64,000 nucleotides of DNA, taken from contig NW_024704742.1 in assembly GCF_018977255.1 (NCBI RefSeq), positions 17,732,001 to 17,796,000 on the forward strand, read 5' to 3'. A model generated the notes under the pieces. It searched no databases. It was given only the letters and a program-made list of their open reading frames with translations, and was not told where the DNA came from. Each line of letters begins with the position of its first letter. Position 1 is the first letter of the stretch. Positions 63,400 to 64,000 of this stretch are shown piece after piece. The translations under genes and the position numbers were made by a program. This stretch comes from Callorhinchus milii. Lineage: Eukaryota.

Positions 63400-64000
63400 T
63401 CAACATGGATCAGTTGGTACTACTCTAGCCTCTGAGTCAAAAGGTTAGATTTTGAGCCTCATGTCAGAACCTGAGCTCATAATCTAACCTGGCATTCTAG
63501 TGCAGTAAAACAAGAACTTGTATTTTATGGGACTTTATCACTGAGCTATCTCAAAGTACTTTACAATTAATTACTGTCAAGTGTAGTGACTGTTTCTGTA
63601 GGCAAACAGAGTAGTTATTTGTGCTAATAAGATTCCACAAACAGCAATTGGGTGAATGAACATTTTTTCCGTAGGTTTGTTGGTCAGAACATAGGAAGAA
63701 GCTCTTCTTTGTTTTGAATAATGTCATGGGATCTTTAATGTCACCCAGGTACCCGAGACCTTGGTTTAGCATCTCATCCAGTTGATGGCACTTCTGACAA
63801 TACAATACATCACTGGAGACGATAAGCTCAAAATCCAATGCAAAACTTGAATGCACAATCTTCTATCCCTGAGGTGAAAAGGCTACAGACTGAACCAAGT
63901 TGGCACTGAGGGACTGCTGAATTGTTTCAGGGGCCCTTTCAGATGCGACATAAAACCAACGTCCCATCTGCCCATTAAGGTAGACTCTAAGATCCTTTGG
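63400..64000. mobile_element. Cluster of DeuSINE-type pieces in both orientations, possibly one element nested in another
   Basis: Plus-strand head at about 63405-63505, minus-strand element at about 63520-63905, plus-strand Deu domain at about 63905-64000. Confidence 0.55.

Noticed and set aside
1-64000. CRISPR arrays, operons or prokaryotic defence systems
   Set aside because: The sequence is intron-rich vertebrate DNA; the recurring motifs are dispersed retroposon tails, not regularly spaced repeats.

Overview
Vertebrate genomic DNA, most likely a cartilaginous fish such as a chimaera (inferred from the repeat families and compact introns). The window holds the convergent 3' ends of two genes. 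SORCS2 (+ strand) has 17 coding exons from 7811 to the stop at 43094, covering the late Vps10p propeller, 10CC, PKD and SoMP regions, the TM helix and the cytoplasmic tail. AFAP1 (- strand) has its last 5 coding exons from 61735 down to the stop at 53477. All exons were placed by manual translation, have GT-AG boundaries and join in consistent phases; the tail-to-tail order matches the mammalian SORCS2-AFAP1 synteny. Introns and UTRs are rich in L2 and CR1 LINE fragments, a young tRNA-Ala-derived SINE sharing its 3' tail with L2, older DeuSINEs, an AmnSINE2-like element and unclassified repeats. Most ORFs in the supplied track are spurious or transposon-derived. I found no evidence of a wholly new multi-gene system. 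The best leads are the altered splice architecture of the SorCS2 tail, inverted-SINE dsRNA structures beside exons, intronic hairpins, an ancient SINE in the 3'UTR and an unclassified repeat family. Comparisons to mammalian sequences and repeat consensuses are from memory and need database confirmation.
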